DNA from: an uncultured virus (IMG/VR IMGVR_UViG_3300036940_000262)
Lineage: Duplodnaviria; Heunggongvirae; Uroviricota; Caudoviricetes
Strand: one strand, 5' to 3'
DNA length: 64,000 nt
Virus record (IMG/VR): IMGVR_UViG_3300036940_000262
A program made the position numbers and the translations under genes. Positions 20,139 to 29,630 of the stretch are shown in pieces (within the stretch, counting starts at the first letter, position 1; each line of letters starts with the position of its first letter). The notes beneath the pieces were generated by a model. That model saw only the letters and a list, made by a program, of their open reading frames with translations, had not been told where the DNA came from and did not search any database.

Positions 20139-20208
20139 AGTCGGTTTATTTATACAAGTATTATAGAATTGTAGTAATTATATAAGTAAATGGATAGGAG
20201 GAGGTGTC

Positions 20209-20904
20209 ATGAAGAAATTAGTGGCGGTTTTTAAAAAGATTTTATTAGTAGTAACGATAATGGCAGTAGCTGTGGAGGGGTATAATGTTGTCAATTCAGT
20301 AAAAGCTGATGAGTCAACAGAGGATGTTGATATTGTAACAGTAGAGGATATGTCATTAACTGGCACTGAATTGATAGATTCTTTAGATATTCTAGAAAGA
20401 GGTAATGTTACAATTAATTCTTCTTTACTAGAAGGGGGTAGTGGGCTTGTTTCTACAATCGATGATGTTAGACAGGATGGGTACGAGTACTTATACTTAA
20501 ACAGCAGTAGACAAAATGTAAAGTATATTTATCTTTTAGAAGAAGATAAAACGTATACATTTGATGCAGATACTAGAGAAGGTTTAATACAGGAAGGGAA
20601 TCATGCAAAGCTAGGCTACGATGCAATAGGTCTATCTCTATATGAGTATTTAGAGGAGTACAAAAACGACATCACTTCCGCTTCTATTGTAGATTACATA
20701 GAGGGTGAAAAGGTTTTATACATTGAGGCAACAAGGGTAATGCGAACAGACCATATATGGTATTCATTAGAGCATGGTGAAATACTGCGATTTGAAAATT
20801 ATCGTAACAATGATTTAGTTATAACTATGATAACAAATACTATAACAACAGATGAGGTAGGAGAGAGTTTGTTCTCAATACCAGAGGATGTTGTCTTTAA
20901 TTAA
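20209..20904 (+). CDS. Hypothetical secreted protein
   Basis: GGAGG RBS; signal peptide; C-terminal LFSIPEDV. Confidence 0.7.
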   Translation: MKKLVAVFKKILLVVTIMAVAVEGYNVVNSVKADESTEDVDIVTVEDMSLTGTELIDSLDILERGNVTINSSLLEGGSGLVSTIDDVRQDGYEYLYLNSSRQNVKYIYLLEEDKTYTFDADTREGLIQEGNHAKLGYDAIGLSLYEYLEEYKNDITSASIVDYIEGEKVLYIEATRVMRTDHIWYSLEHGEILRFENYRNNDLVITMITNTITTDEVGESLFSIPEDVVFN

Positions 20905-20922
20905 GAAAAAGAAGGGGTAAGC

Positions 20923-21483
20923 ATGGAAAGGTTGGTAATAAATTTATATGGAGCACCGGGTACTGGGAAGTCAACAACGGCTTCTTACTTATTTTACAGG
21001 CTTAAAAAAGACGGGTATAAGTGTGAGTTAGTAGCTGAGTATGCAAAAGATAAAGTTTACGAGAGAAATGATATGGCATTATCCAATCAAGTATACTTGT
21101 TCGCAAAGCAGTACTATGCAATGGATAAGGCATTTTCAAGTGGTGATGTAGACATAATTATAGCAGATAGTCCACTACTATTGTCTAATGTATACAATAA
21201 TGATTTTGGTATACACGAATCGTTATGTAGGTTAGTTGGGGATGTTAATAAAAAGTACACTAATTTAAATATACTACTAACACCTGTAGGTATCTACAAA
21301 GAGGAAGGTAGAACTCAAAATGAGGAGGAAGCTTGGGCTATCCATGACAAAATACTAAAGATGTCAAATTTAGAGTTCCACTATGAAACTAATAAGTTTG
21401 AAGTGACAACTACAGATTTAATTTATAAGGGAATTAGGCTATGGTTAGGTGGTTTTAATTTTATAAAAACTCAAACTGGGTAA
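20923..21483 (+). CDS. P-loop NTPase/kinase (NadR/AAA_28-like, phage type)
   Basis: INLYGAPGTGKST; ELVAEYAKD; IIADSPLLLS; GR.Q..EEA. Confidence 0.82.
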   Translation: MERLVINLYGAPGTGKSTTASYLFYRLKKDGYKCELVAEYAKDKVYERNDMALSNQVYLFAKQYYAMDKAFSSGDVDIIIADSPLLLSNVYNNDFGIHESLCRLVGDVNKKYTNLNILLTPVGIYKEEGRTQNEEEAWAIHDKILKMSNLEFHYETNKFEVTTTDLIYKGIRLWLGGFNFIKTQTG

Positions 21484-21509
21484 TAATCATTAATTGATTA
21501 TGATATAAT
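21473..21509 (+). promoter_or_regulatory. Element-specific promoter (box-N21-TATAAT)
   Basis: AAACTGGGTA(21473-21482), 21 nt, TATAAT(21504-21509). Confidence 0.75.
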
Positions 21510-21530
21510 ACTAATATTAAGAGGTGCGAA

Positions 21531-21806
21531 ATGTTATTAGAATTAAATGCTGTAGCAACTTGTTGTGGTGGTGTGACTGGCATGAATTTTCATAGTACCT
21601 GCATTAAAGTACTGGAACAGGTATTGATAAAATTCAAAAATAAGGTTGAGGTTGGAGAGGATATTTTCGAATCCTTAACAGACTATCAAGGAGCGTCTTT
21701 TGTTATAAACGGACAAGCTTTGTGTGTTTTGATATGGACAAACGATGGTTATGTATCAGTCAATCATTTAAAAGATTCGATAGAGAGTGTGAGATTGAGA
21801 GCATAG
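21531..21806 (+). CDS. Hypothetical protein
   Basis: GAGGTG RBS directly after promoter. Confidence 0.6.
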   Translation: MLLELNAVATCCGGVTGMNFHSTCIKVLEQVLIKFKNKVEVGEDIFESLTDYQGASFVINGQALCVLIWTNDGYVSVNHLKDSIESVRLRA

Positions 21807-21822
21807 AAGGGTAGAGTAGAGT

Positions 21823-22539
21823 ATGATATATGTTGGTAGTAAAAGTAAATTAACTAAAGAACTATTACCTATAATCCTAAAAGATAGAAAAGAAGGGCAG
21901 TGGTATGTAGAACCTTTCGCAGGTGGCATGAATATGATCTCAGAGGTAAGTGGTAATCGTATAGCAAACGATTTACATACACCTTTAATTGAGATGTGGA
22001 AAGCTTTAATTGAGGGGTGGAGACCTGGAGGTGTTTACACAAGAGAGGAATATAATTACATAAAAGACAACAGAGAAGAGTTTCCTGAGCATGAGTTAGG
22101 CTGGGTAGGTTTTACTTGTTCTTTTAAAGGTATTTATATGGGAGGATTTGCGGACGAGTCTGTAACAAGAGATAAGGTAATAAGAAACTATCAGATAGAG
22201 TTGGCAAATAACATCCTAAACCATATACCAAAAATGAAGGATGTTGTTTTCTGCAACAAGTCTTATAATGAGTTGGAAATCCCGGAAGGTAGCATTATTT
22301 ATTGTGATCCACCTTATATAGGCACGAAGGAGTACGATGGAAGTTCCTTCAATCACGAGAAATTTTGGGACTGGGTTAGGTTTAAAGACAATGAAGGGCA
22401 TAACATTTTTGTAAGTGAGTACACAGCTCCAAAGGATTTTAGGATTGTTTGGGAAAAGGATTTAATCACCACCTTAAGTAATAGTTCGCAAAATAGAACA
22501 GAAAAACTATTTAAGTATGGTGAGTTTAGTTGGATGTAG
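21823..22539 (+). CDS. Orphan DNA adenine methyltransferase (D12/Dam-like), copy 1
   Basis: YVGSK; YVEPFAGG (motif I); IANDL; IIYCDPPY (motif IV); FVSEY. Confidence 0.88.
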   Translation: MIYVGSKSKLTKELLPIILKDRKEGQWYVEPFAGGMNMISEVSGNRIANDLHTPLIEMWKALIEGWRPGGVYTREEYNYIKDNREEFPEHELGWVGFTCSFKGIYMGGFADESVTRDKVIRNYQIELANNILNHIPKMKDVVFCNKSYNELEIPEGSIIYCDPPYIGTKEYDGSSFNHEKFWDWVRFKDNEGHNIFVSEYTAPKDFRIVWEKDLITTLSNSSQNRTEKLFKYGEFSWM

Positions 22540-22560
22540 TAGAGAAAGGGTAGATTTAGA

Positions 22561-23274
22561 ATGATATACATGGGTAGTAAGAGCAGGATAGTTGATGGTT
22601 TTCTTCCAACTGTTCTTAAAGACAGAAAAGAAGGACAGTTATATATTGAGCCATTCGGAGGTGGCATGAATGTTATCTGTAATGTTGATGGCAGAAGAAT
22701 TGCAAACGATATTCACACACCATTAATCGAAATGTGGAAGAAATTGGTAGATGGTTGGATTCCTAATCTATACAGTAAAGAGGAGTACGAGTATATCAAG
22801 CACCATAGACATGAGTACGAGGATTATGAACTGGGTTGGGTTGGTTTTGTCTGTGCTTACAGGGGTATGTACTTTTGTGGTTTTGCTGACGAAGTTAGGG
22901 TTAGTGAGAGCAGGCATGCAAATGGTCAACTTGCTATGAGAAAAAACATCTTAGCTCAAGTTGAGAAAATGAAGGGTGTTGAGTTCTTAAATAAACCATA
23001 TTATGAGTTAGAAATACCTGATAACAGTATAATTTACTGCGATCCACCTTATAAAGATACAGAGGAGTATGCTGTAAAAGGTTTTGACCACGACAGATTT
23101 TGGGAGTGGGTTAGGGTTAAAGATAACGAAGGTCATAGTGTATTTGTCAGCGAGTATCAAGCACCTGATGATTTTAGAAGTGTTTGGAACAAAGAGATAT
23201 TGATGTTAGCTGGCTCAAAAAAAGTAGTTAGACTAGAGCATCTATTCAAATACGGAAGATTTGAATGGGCTTAA
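22561..23274 (+). CDS. Orphan DNA adenine methyltransferase (D12/Dam-like), copy 2
   Basis: YMGSK; YIEPFGGG; IIYCDPPY; paralogue of the preceding gene. Confidence 0.88.
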   Translation: MIYMGSKSRIVDGFLPTVLKDRKEGQLYIEPFGGGMNVICNVDGRRIANDIHTPLIEMWKKLVDGWIPNLYSKEEYEYIKHHRHEYEDYELGWVGFVCAYRGMYFCGFADEVRVSESRHANGQLAMRKNILAQVEKMKGVEFLNKPYYELEIPDNSIIYCDPPYKDTEEYAVKGFDHDRFWEWVRVKDNEGHSVFVSEYQAPDDFRSVWNKEILMLAGSKKVVRLEHLFKYGRFEWA

Positions 23275-23291
23275 CAGAGAGAGGGTGCAAC

Positions 23292-23972
23292 ATGTTAGTA
23301 GTTATTGAAGGAGTGGATGGTTCAGGTAAAGAGACTCAATCTTTAGAATTACATAAAAGATTGAACCAAGAAGGGATACAATCTTTTAGTATCGGGTTTC
23401 CTAGATACAGCAGGGAATCTTCTACAATGGTAAAGAAGTATTTAAACGGGGATTTTGGTAAAGATGCTAAACAGGTAGATCCTTATATAGCATCGACATT
23501 TTATGCATCAGACAGGTATGCTTCTTATGTAGAGGAGTTTGGATTTGCTCTGGATAATGGCATGGTTGTGATAGCGGACAGATACACAACATCCAATATG
23601 GTGCATCAAGCCGGGAAGTTTGATTCAAAACAAGAAAAAGATAGATTTTTGGATTGGTTATGTGCTTACGAGTACGAGTTGTTAAAACTGCCTAAACCTG
23701 ATTTAGTTATCTTTTTAAATATGCCACTTAAAGACAGTTTAAAGTTGACAAGTAAAAGAAAATCAAAAGATGGTGTTAAAAACGACATCCATGAAAAAGA
23801 TAAACAACACTTAGAGGATGCTTATAGTAACTCATTATATGTCGCTGAAAAGTATGGCTGGGTTTCAGTAGACTGCATAAGAGACGGTTCTCTTAGAACA
23901 ATCGAGGATATAAACAATGAGATATTTAAGATTGTTAGTGATTTACTTAGAAAGAACAAATTAATTCAATAA
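23292..23972 (+). CDS. tmk: Thymidylate kinase
   Basis: VIEGVDGSGKETQ; FPRY; DRY.S; IADRYTTSN.VHQ; PKPDLVIFL; DIHE. Confidence 0.88.
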   Translation: MLVVIEGVDGSGKETQSLELHKRLNQEGIQSFSIGFPRYSRESSTMVKKYLNGDFGKDAKQVDPYIASTFYASDRYASYVEEFGFALDNGMVVIADRYTTSNMVHQAGKFDSKQEKDRFLDWLCAYEYELLKLPKPDLVIFLNMPLKDSLKLTSKRKSKDGVKNDIHEKDKQHLEDAYSNSLYVAEKYGWVSVDCIRDGSLRTIEDINNEIFKIVSDLLRKNKLIQ

Positions 23973-23973
23973 T

Positions 23974-24010
23974 AAACTGGGTAAAATCTCTTTCAAAAGT
24001 CTGATATACT
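23974..24010 (+). promoter_or_regulatory. Element-specific promoter (box-N21-TATACT)
   Basis: AAACTGGGTA(23974-23983), 21 nt, TATACT(24005-24010). Confidence 0.72.
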
Positions 24011-24046
24011 ATTTGTAAAGTAAAATTATAAAGGCGGTAAATTTAG

Positions 24047-24496
24047 ATGAGTACCTTGATTAAATTGGCTTTTGAGCAGTCGAAGGCAGAGAGTTTAGTT
24101 GCTGAAGGAAAGTCCTTCAAATCGGCAGATACGGGCAAATATGAGGTAATGATTAATTTAGCTTCTATTTATAGCAAGCTGATTCAAGAGGTTGGGCGAT
24201 TTGTTGAGCAGTATGCAAGTGACGCTCTTTACACAATTGATTCGATTAACAAACTCATCAACGACAGTAAGGGAACGTCAACAGAGATGTACTATGTGTT
24301 TGCTCTACGTCAATGCGGTGTTGATGGGGAGTTGTCTCTATTAAACAACTTTACAGAGCGAGGTTCATCGTATACGTCAGTTTATTACAGAAAAGTGTAT
24401 GTGGTTAAAGTATTTAAACAAGAGGATAACATTACTTGTAGTTTAAAAGAGATAGGAGACAGCCTTGAATACTGGTATAATAAATCAAATAACTGA
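24047..24496 (+). CDS. Hypothetical protein
   Basis: ORF with RBS after promoter. Confidence 0.65.
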   Translation: MSTLIKLAFEQSKAESLVAEGKSFKSADTGKYEVMINLASIYSKLIQEVGRFVEQYASDALYTIDSINKLINDSKGTSTEMYYVFALRQCGVDGELSLLNNFTERGSSYTSVYYRKVYVVKVFKQEDNITCSLKEIGDSLEYWYNKSNN

Positions 24497-25157
24497 TGCT
24501 GTATCGGACAGTCTTGAATTGTCCACAGATTTCAATGATTCATATACACCTATATTTACATACTGTTTAAGTGGTGGAAGTGTGTTGGAGGACAAACCGT
24601 TGCAAGTAAAACGAGTAATTGTTCCAACAGTATTAGCGTCCTTAAGGGGTGCTGATTTAGATTTTGAACATCACTGTGATGGGTTTATCTGTGAGGAGCA
24701 GAGCATAGATGAAGTATACAACTGGCTGTATAGGACAGATATCTTAGGGGTAGAGGCGCTGTTAACAGAGTATTTCAAAGTATCTCCCAATTATTCACTT
24801 CTCATAAACAAACTTAGAGAAAATGTAGACTTGATTGCGTACATGAATCCTTACTTCTTTGTTCGGTCTGTAGGACGAGAAATAGATAAAGCCTACAAAG
24901 ATGGTAGAGCTGTAGACATCTTTGCATTGAGAAATATTCTTGAAAAATATGAGAAAAGACAATCTATTAAAGACTGCTTCAAACTCCCGATTTTGAGAAC
25001 TGATATAGGTTACGACTTAACTCAAGAGTACGAAAAAGGACTAGATGAGGTTAGAAGAGCCTTAACAGTAGAAGCACGAAAACGTAAATCGATAGATACG
25101 TCATTGTTAGATTCTATATTTAATCAAATAGTTAGATTGGCTATAACAGAGAGGTAA
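24465..25157 (+). CDS. Hypothetical protein, possibly a degenerate phage nucleotidyltransferase-like protein
   Basis: ORF in operon; weak resemblance only, catalytic acidic motif not evident. Confidence 0.5.
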   Translation: MNTGIINQITDAVSDSLELSTDFNDSYTPIFTYCLSGGSVLEDKPLQVKRVIVPTVLASLRGADLDFEHHCDGFICEEQSIDEVYNWLYRTDILGVEALLTEYFKVSPNYSLLINKLRENVDLIAYMNPYFFVRSVGREIDKAYKDGRAVDIFALRNILEKYEKRQSIKDCFKLPILRTDIGYDLTQEYEKGLDEVRRALTVEARKRKSIDTSLLDSIFNQIVRLAITER

Positions 25158-25160
25158 GTT

Positions 25161-25433
25161 ATGCTACAAATATTTGCAAATAATAACGGAGTCACTTATC
25201 AGATTCTCGGTGAAGGGTTAGATGAAAGTGGTCGTACCATACTCTTATTAAGAGGTACACATCAAGGGTTTATCGTTGCTTGAGGTGTAAATTATGATAT
25301 TGGTGATTGGGATCAAGGACGATACTTTAAAGAGGACTTGGAAAGTGCTAAAGTATTCTTTCATCGGAGTATTGAGAAGTGCATTTTCATTGAAGAAGGT
25401 TATGGGGTACTGGCGAGCTTTAGAAAAAGTTAG
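25161..25433 (+). pseudogene. Small gene interrupted by in-frame TGA (probable Trp codon nonsense mutation)
   Basis: GAGGT RBS; MLQIFANNNG...GFIVA*GVNYDIGDWDQGRYF...; TGA at 25281-25283, frame stays open to TAG at 25433. Confidence 0.65.
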
Positions 25434-25538
25434 AGCGAGTAAGAGCTTAGCATTTAAATAGTGTCTATTAAATGTATTTAATAAAGTGTTTTCGGTAATT
25501 TGTCTACAGTAACTAGAGAAAATATTGGAGGTGGTTTT

Positions 25539-26102
25539 TTGAAAAAAGTTAAAGCATTGATTCTGAGTGGGGTACTGATAATAAACTTAGTTTTTACAGG
25601 TTGTGGTGGTACAGGGGTTGAGAGTACGAGTAATTTAAGTTCAGAGTACAGTACTAATAATGAACAAACAGTTTCAACAGATCAGGATAAGAGTAATTTA
25701 AGTTCAGAGTATAGTAATAACAATGAACAAACAGCTTCAACGGATGAGGAACATCCTAAAGATGGTTCTCAGTCTACTATAAGCCTGTCAGACAGTATAG
25801 TTGTAGATGAATCTAATGATGAACCAGAAATTGAGGGTCAGTCAGAATTTTCATTGGCACAATTGGAGGTAGACTCCGAAGTAACACAAGAAGCTGAACA
25901 AGATATAGTAGTAGAACCAGTTGTTGATGAACAGTCAGGGTTTTCAGAAACTACTACAGTCATAGTGTACACTACAGATACGGGGAGCAAGTATCATGTT
26001 GTGGGTTGTCGATATCTGGATAAAAGTCAAGTTCAAATCTCACTTGAGGATGCTAAAAAAGCTGGATTAACACCTTGTAGTGTTTGCAAACCTACTAAAT
26101 AA
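25539..26102 (+). CDS. Lipoprotein with C-terminal Cys/His metal-binding (Ada-like) domain
   Basis: GGAGG RBS + TTG; FTGC lipobox; YTTDTGSKYH..GC.YL...AKKAGLTPCSVCKP; N-terminus paralogous to 9170-9772. Confidence 0.8.
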   Translation: MKKVKALILSGVLIINLVFTGCGGTGVESTSNLSSEYSTNNEQTVSTDQDKSNLSSEYSNNNEQTASTDEEHPKDGSQSTISLSDSIVVDESNDEPEIEGQSEFSLAQLEVDSEVTQEAEQDIVVEPVVDEQSGFSETTTVIVYTTDTGSKYHVVGCRYLDKSQVQISLEDAKKAGLTPCSVCKPTK

Positions 26103-26191
26103 GAGGATGTATGGAATCAGTATTATCAGATTTGATTAAAGTCAATAACTGAATTATTCAGTTAAATATATTAAAATAATGGAGGTAGTGC

Positions 26192-27547
26192 ATGGTAATT
26201 AAGAAGTTGATGGTGGGGTGCTTAGTGGCATCGGTGTTGATGAGTGGTAGCAGTGCGGTAATGGCAAGTCCTGCAGAGGTTGAAGTAGACGGTACTGTAG
26301 ATGTACAATTTGACTACTCGCAAGTTCCTTCATCAGTTGGTGGGGATGTACACCTAGAAGTTCCAAGCTCAGGAGTGACCGTAAAAGGTCTTGAAAATGT
26401 ACTTAGTAGCTTAAAGGTACTCAATTATGAAGGAGTAGAACTGTCAGGCTATACTTTATCTTTCTGCAAAGAAGGTGGTAAGGTGACTCACTATACAGTA
26501 GAAGAAGCTGTAGAGTATATTAATAACAAATTAAATTCTGGTTTAGAAACTGCTGTTATTAACTTCTATGCCGGTGGTGGTGACTATGATTCAATCATTT
26601 CTACAGGCACTTTAATAGTCAGCATTAACGATACAGGGGTAATTGATGTACCTGACGAGGGTGCAGACGATTCTCTAGGCGATATATCTGGTGATGTATT
26701 TTATTCTACCCATGTACAAAACGTAGGTTGGCAGGGATTTGTCTCAGACGGCGATATGTCAGGTACAGAGGGTAAGTCTTTAAGACTTGAAGGTATTGTA
26801 CTAGGTACTAATATCGAAGGTTTAGACCTTGAATATGCTACTCATGTTGAGAATATTGGCTGGCAAGAACCTGTAACTTCTGGAATCATGTCAGGAACAG
26901 AAGGAATGGGGTATCGCTTAGAGGCTATCCGTATTAGCTTAACAGGAGAACAAGCAGAAAACTACGATGTTTATTACCGAGTCCACGCTCAGAATGTAGG
27001 CTGGATGGGTTGGGCATCAAACGGTGCTGATTCAGGAACAGCTGGGTACGGTTATCGCTTAGAGGGTATCGAGATTAAAATTGTAGAAAAAGGTGCAACA
27101 GCACCGGGGACAACTGAAAATGCTTTTCAAGATGCTAATTCTGTAGTTGAAACACCTGTAGTTGAAGATGGAAATTATAAAGTAGCAGAAGCAGACTTCT
27201 CCAATGCTACAATTATCTGTGACCGAGACGGTGTTAAAATTGGATTGGTGACTGAAAGAGGCTCTGGAAATGCAGTACAAAGAACAAGAATTGTGTATGA
27301 GAATAATAGTGGTGCAGACTGTAAATTCTTTATCGGCACAAAAGAGGTGTACTGTACTTATTCAATGCCTACAACAGCTTTGATGAAAGCAGGAGAGTCA
27401 GGAATGACTGATACACTGTACAATATCTGTGATTGTACAACTGATGAAACAAGTTCACCAGCTATCGGCGGTATGAATTATGTCTTAGAAGTCAAAGGCG
27501 ACTCTGTAGGATGGGGTCAAGAACGAGGTTTCTACACTGTATATTAA
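26192..27547 (+). CDS. Secreted ChW-repeat protein
   Basis: Signal peptide; three central ChW repeats (YSTHVQNVGWQ...GTEGKSLRLEGI). Confidence 0.88.
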   Translation: MVIKKLMVGCLVASVLMSGSSAVMASPAEVEVDGTVDVQFDYSQVPSSVGGDVHLEVPSSGVTVKGLENVLSSLKVLNYEGVELSGYTLSFCKEGGKVTHYTVEEAVEYINNKLNSGLETAVINFYAGGGDYDSIISTGTLIVSINDTGVIDVPDEGADDSLGDISGDVFYSTHVQNVGWQGFVSDGDMSGTEGKSLRLEGIVLGTNIEGLDLEYATHVENIGWQEPVTSGIMSGTEGMGYRLEAIRISLTGEQAENYDVYYRVHAQNVGWMGWASNGADSGTAGYGYRLEGIEIKIVEKGATAPGTTENAFQDANSVVETPVVEDGNYKVAEADFSNATIICDRDGVKIGLVTERGSGNAVQRTRIVYENNSGADCKFFIGTKEVYCTYSMPTTALMKAGESGMTDTLYNICDCTTDETSSPAIGGMNYVLEVKGDSVGWGQERGFYTVY

Positions 27548-27561
27548 GTGTTTATAAGCTG

Positions 27562-27588
27562 ACAGGGGTAAACTACCCCTGTTTCTTA
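27562..27588 (+). terminator. Intrinsic terminator
   Basis: ACAGGGGTA-aac-TACCCCTGT + TTCTT. Confidence 0.65.
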
Positions 27589-27723
27589 TAAATACTTAAT
27601 AAATAGAGAGAGACTGATTTGTAAAGCAAGTTTGAATAAAAAGTAAACAGTCTCTTTATAGGTATGTTTTAAATAAGAGTCTCTGAAATAATTTATTATA
27701 AGCAAAAGGGAGGTAGATTTTGA

Positions 27724-28512
27724 ATGATACTATACAGTAAAGAGCAGAAAGCGATTTCAGCACAAGGGGTACTAGGTGTAAACTTAAATGACGATAAAGG
27801 TTTCTTGTACATAACAACAAGCTTATTCGCTCAGTTAATAAGTTTAGAAACAACGTATGGAACAGTAGCGAATTTAATAGAGAAAGTACATTTTGAAAGC
27901 AATCAAGGTGCTGTAGTAAAAGATATGCAAGAATTACTACCTGCCCCATTCAATTTCTTAGCACCTTTCATTAATCTGATTGACCAATCTGAAGTTCCTT
28001 TATCTAAACTTGATTTAGAGACAGCTTTTGGCTTATTGGGAATAGTCGCAAAGGATGTTGATTTTGTAGACTATACGAGAGGAGAGCACAGCACTCATTT
28101 AAAGTATTCAACACCAATATTGGTTGACTATGAGTTAAGTTGTAAAGATGTTGAATGTACTTTTGGATTAATTGATGTAGAGGTAGAGGATGAGACAAGA
28201 ATATCAACTTTATCAGATACAGATGGGACAGTTTGGGGTGGGGATATGGATGATCCAATTGTAGTGGAGTCCCCTGAGTATCTTGATAAAATTGATGGGT
28301 TGGTAAAACATTATAGTAAGTATCTTAAGAAAGACCATAATGTAAAGGTTGGGAGTTGGAAAGAGGATACTGAGTACACTAAAATAGACGAGAACACAGA
28401 ATCGTTAGAAGGTCTTAACGAATCTGAAATCTCTTTTATTGATAAAGAAATGGAAAGACTAAAAGAAGAGTTTAGTAAAGACTTAGAAGGTGAGGAAACA
28501 GAGTTATTATGA
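27724..28512 (+). CDS. Hypothetical acidic protein
   Basis: GGGAGG RBS; long ORF. Confidence 0.7.
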   Translation: MILYSKEQKAISAQGVLGVNLNDDKGFLYITTSLFAQLISLETTYGTVANLIEKVHFESNQGAVVKDMQELLPAPFNFLAPFINLIDQSEVPLSKLDLETAFGLLGIVAKDVDFVDYTRGEHSTHLKYSTPILVDYELSCKDVECTFGLIDVEVEDETRISTLSDTDGTVWGGDMDDPIVVESPEYLDKIDGLVKHYSKYLKKDHNVKVGSWKEDTEYTKIDENTESLEGLNESEISFIDKEMERLKEEFSKDLEGEETELL

Positions 28513-29237
28513 CAGGATTTAAAAAAATAGTTTTACTCGTAACACTGTCAATGTTATGGGTAGTAGCATTGACAGGGTGTTCAGGTTCAGATGTTTTGGA
28601 AGTATCGTCAGATGGTACTAACATATATCTAAACGGTGAGGTAGCAAATCACTTATCAGAATACGATGGGTATACAGGGAAGTACGAATCAGATACAGAC
28701 CCTTACCATATCACTTATCAAATCTGTTCTGCAGAGGAGATGAAGGATTGCCCAGATAACAGACAAGGGGTACATGAAGATGATCTAAGTGAGTATAAAG
28801 ACAGCACTTATTTTGATGCTTATTTAAGTACATTGAGTGTTATGTATGTCCCATTAAAGGGTGATGTAACTGGAAATAAAGAAGCAATAATTGAAACATC
28901 TGACAAAGCAGTTGCAACTTTAGAAGCTGTAAGACCTGACGCTTATGAAAATCTAAACAAGTTAGATTTTGCTGGTTTAACAACAGCAACTTTTGCTGAT
29001 AAAGCAGTTGTAAACTCTAACGGTGGCACGTTAATTGTTAGACAGAATGGTATTGTAATTCCAGGAACTCTAGTAGTTTCAAAAGGGGTTAAAGAAGGTG
29101 CCAACACACAAGAAGAAGTTGGCGGTATTACTGTTATGAAATACGAATCAAACAACTACAACTTCTATCAATACGGTGATTGTGTTGTTAAAATTGTGAA
29201 GTCTGCTAATATTTCAGATTATGTGCAGTTCAAGTAA
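28509..29237 (+). CDS. Putative lipoprotein
   Basis: ALTGC lipobox. Confidence 0.75.
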   Translation: MTGFKKIVLLVTLSMLWVVALTGCSGSDVLEVSSDGTNIYLNGEVANHLSEYDGYTGKYESDTDPYHITYQICSAEEMKDCPDNRQGVHEDDLSEYKDSTYFDAYLSTLSVMYVPLKGDVTGNKEAIIETSDKAVATLEAVRPDAYENLNKLDFAGLTTATFADKAVVNSNGGTLIVRQNGIVIPGTLVVSKGVKEGANTQEEVGGITVMKYESNNYNFYQYGDCVVKIVKSANISDYVQFK

Positions 29238-29248
29238 GTGGTGTACTT

Positions 29249-29614
29249 ATGTTTTTAACTAAAGAACAAGTAAGAGCTTCATTAGATGATACTGTAAAGG
29301 ATTTTGAAACAGTAAAAACAGCTTTTGAATCAACTCCAAAAAATTCTGCATTTATGTTAGATATGAATCATAAAAATGTATATGCAGTGTATTATGGTGA
29401 GGATAAAGTAACACTTGTTTTTAAATTAAAGTATGATTCTTTAACGCAGGATGAGGATGCCTCTTTGGAAAGAGAGTTAGACACGCTCAAAGCAAAAGAT
29501 AAGAAACATAAAAAGATGTTCTTAAAGAACAGTTACGGTTTCTTTCGTAGTCTTGCTCTTGCAGGTATTTTTGGTATATTTGTAGTTTTAATGGGTTTAA
29601 TATATTTTATATAA
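29249..29614 (+). CDS. Hypothetical protein with C-terminal TM anchor
   Basis: C-terminal hydrophobic helix. Confidence 0.65.
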   Translation: MFLTKEQVRASLDDTVKDFETVKTAFESTPKNSAFMLDMNHKNVYAVYYGEDKVTLVFKLKYDSLTQDEDASLERELDTLKAKDKKHKKMFLKNSYGFFRSLALAGIFGIFVVLMGLIYFI

Positions 29615-29630
29615 CAACGTGGAGGATTAA

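Noticed and set aside
7900..25433. Genome-wide TGA recoding (Trp or Sec), suggested by two in-frame TGA codons (near 8009 and at 25281)
   Set aside because: Many intact genes end in TGA with the next gene starting right after or overlapping (e.g. 11419, 18308, 59290, 62380), and Trp is normally TGG; local pseudogenisation is simpler
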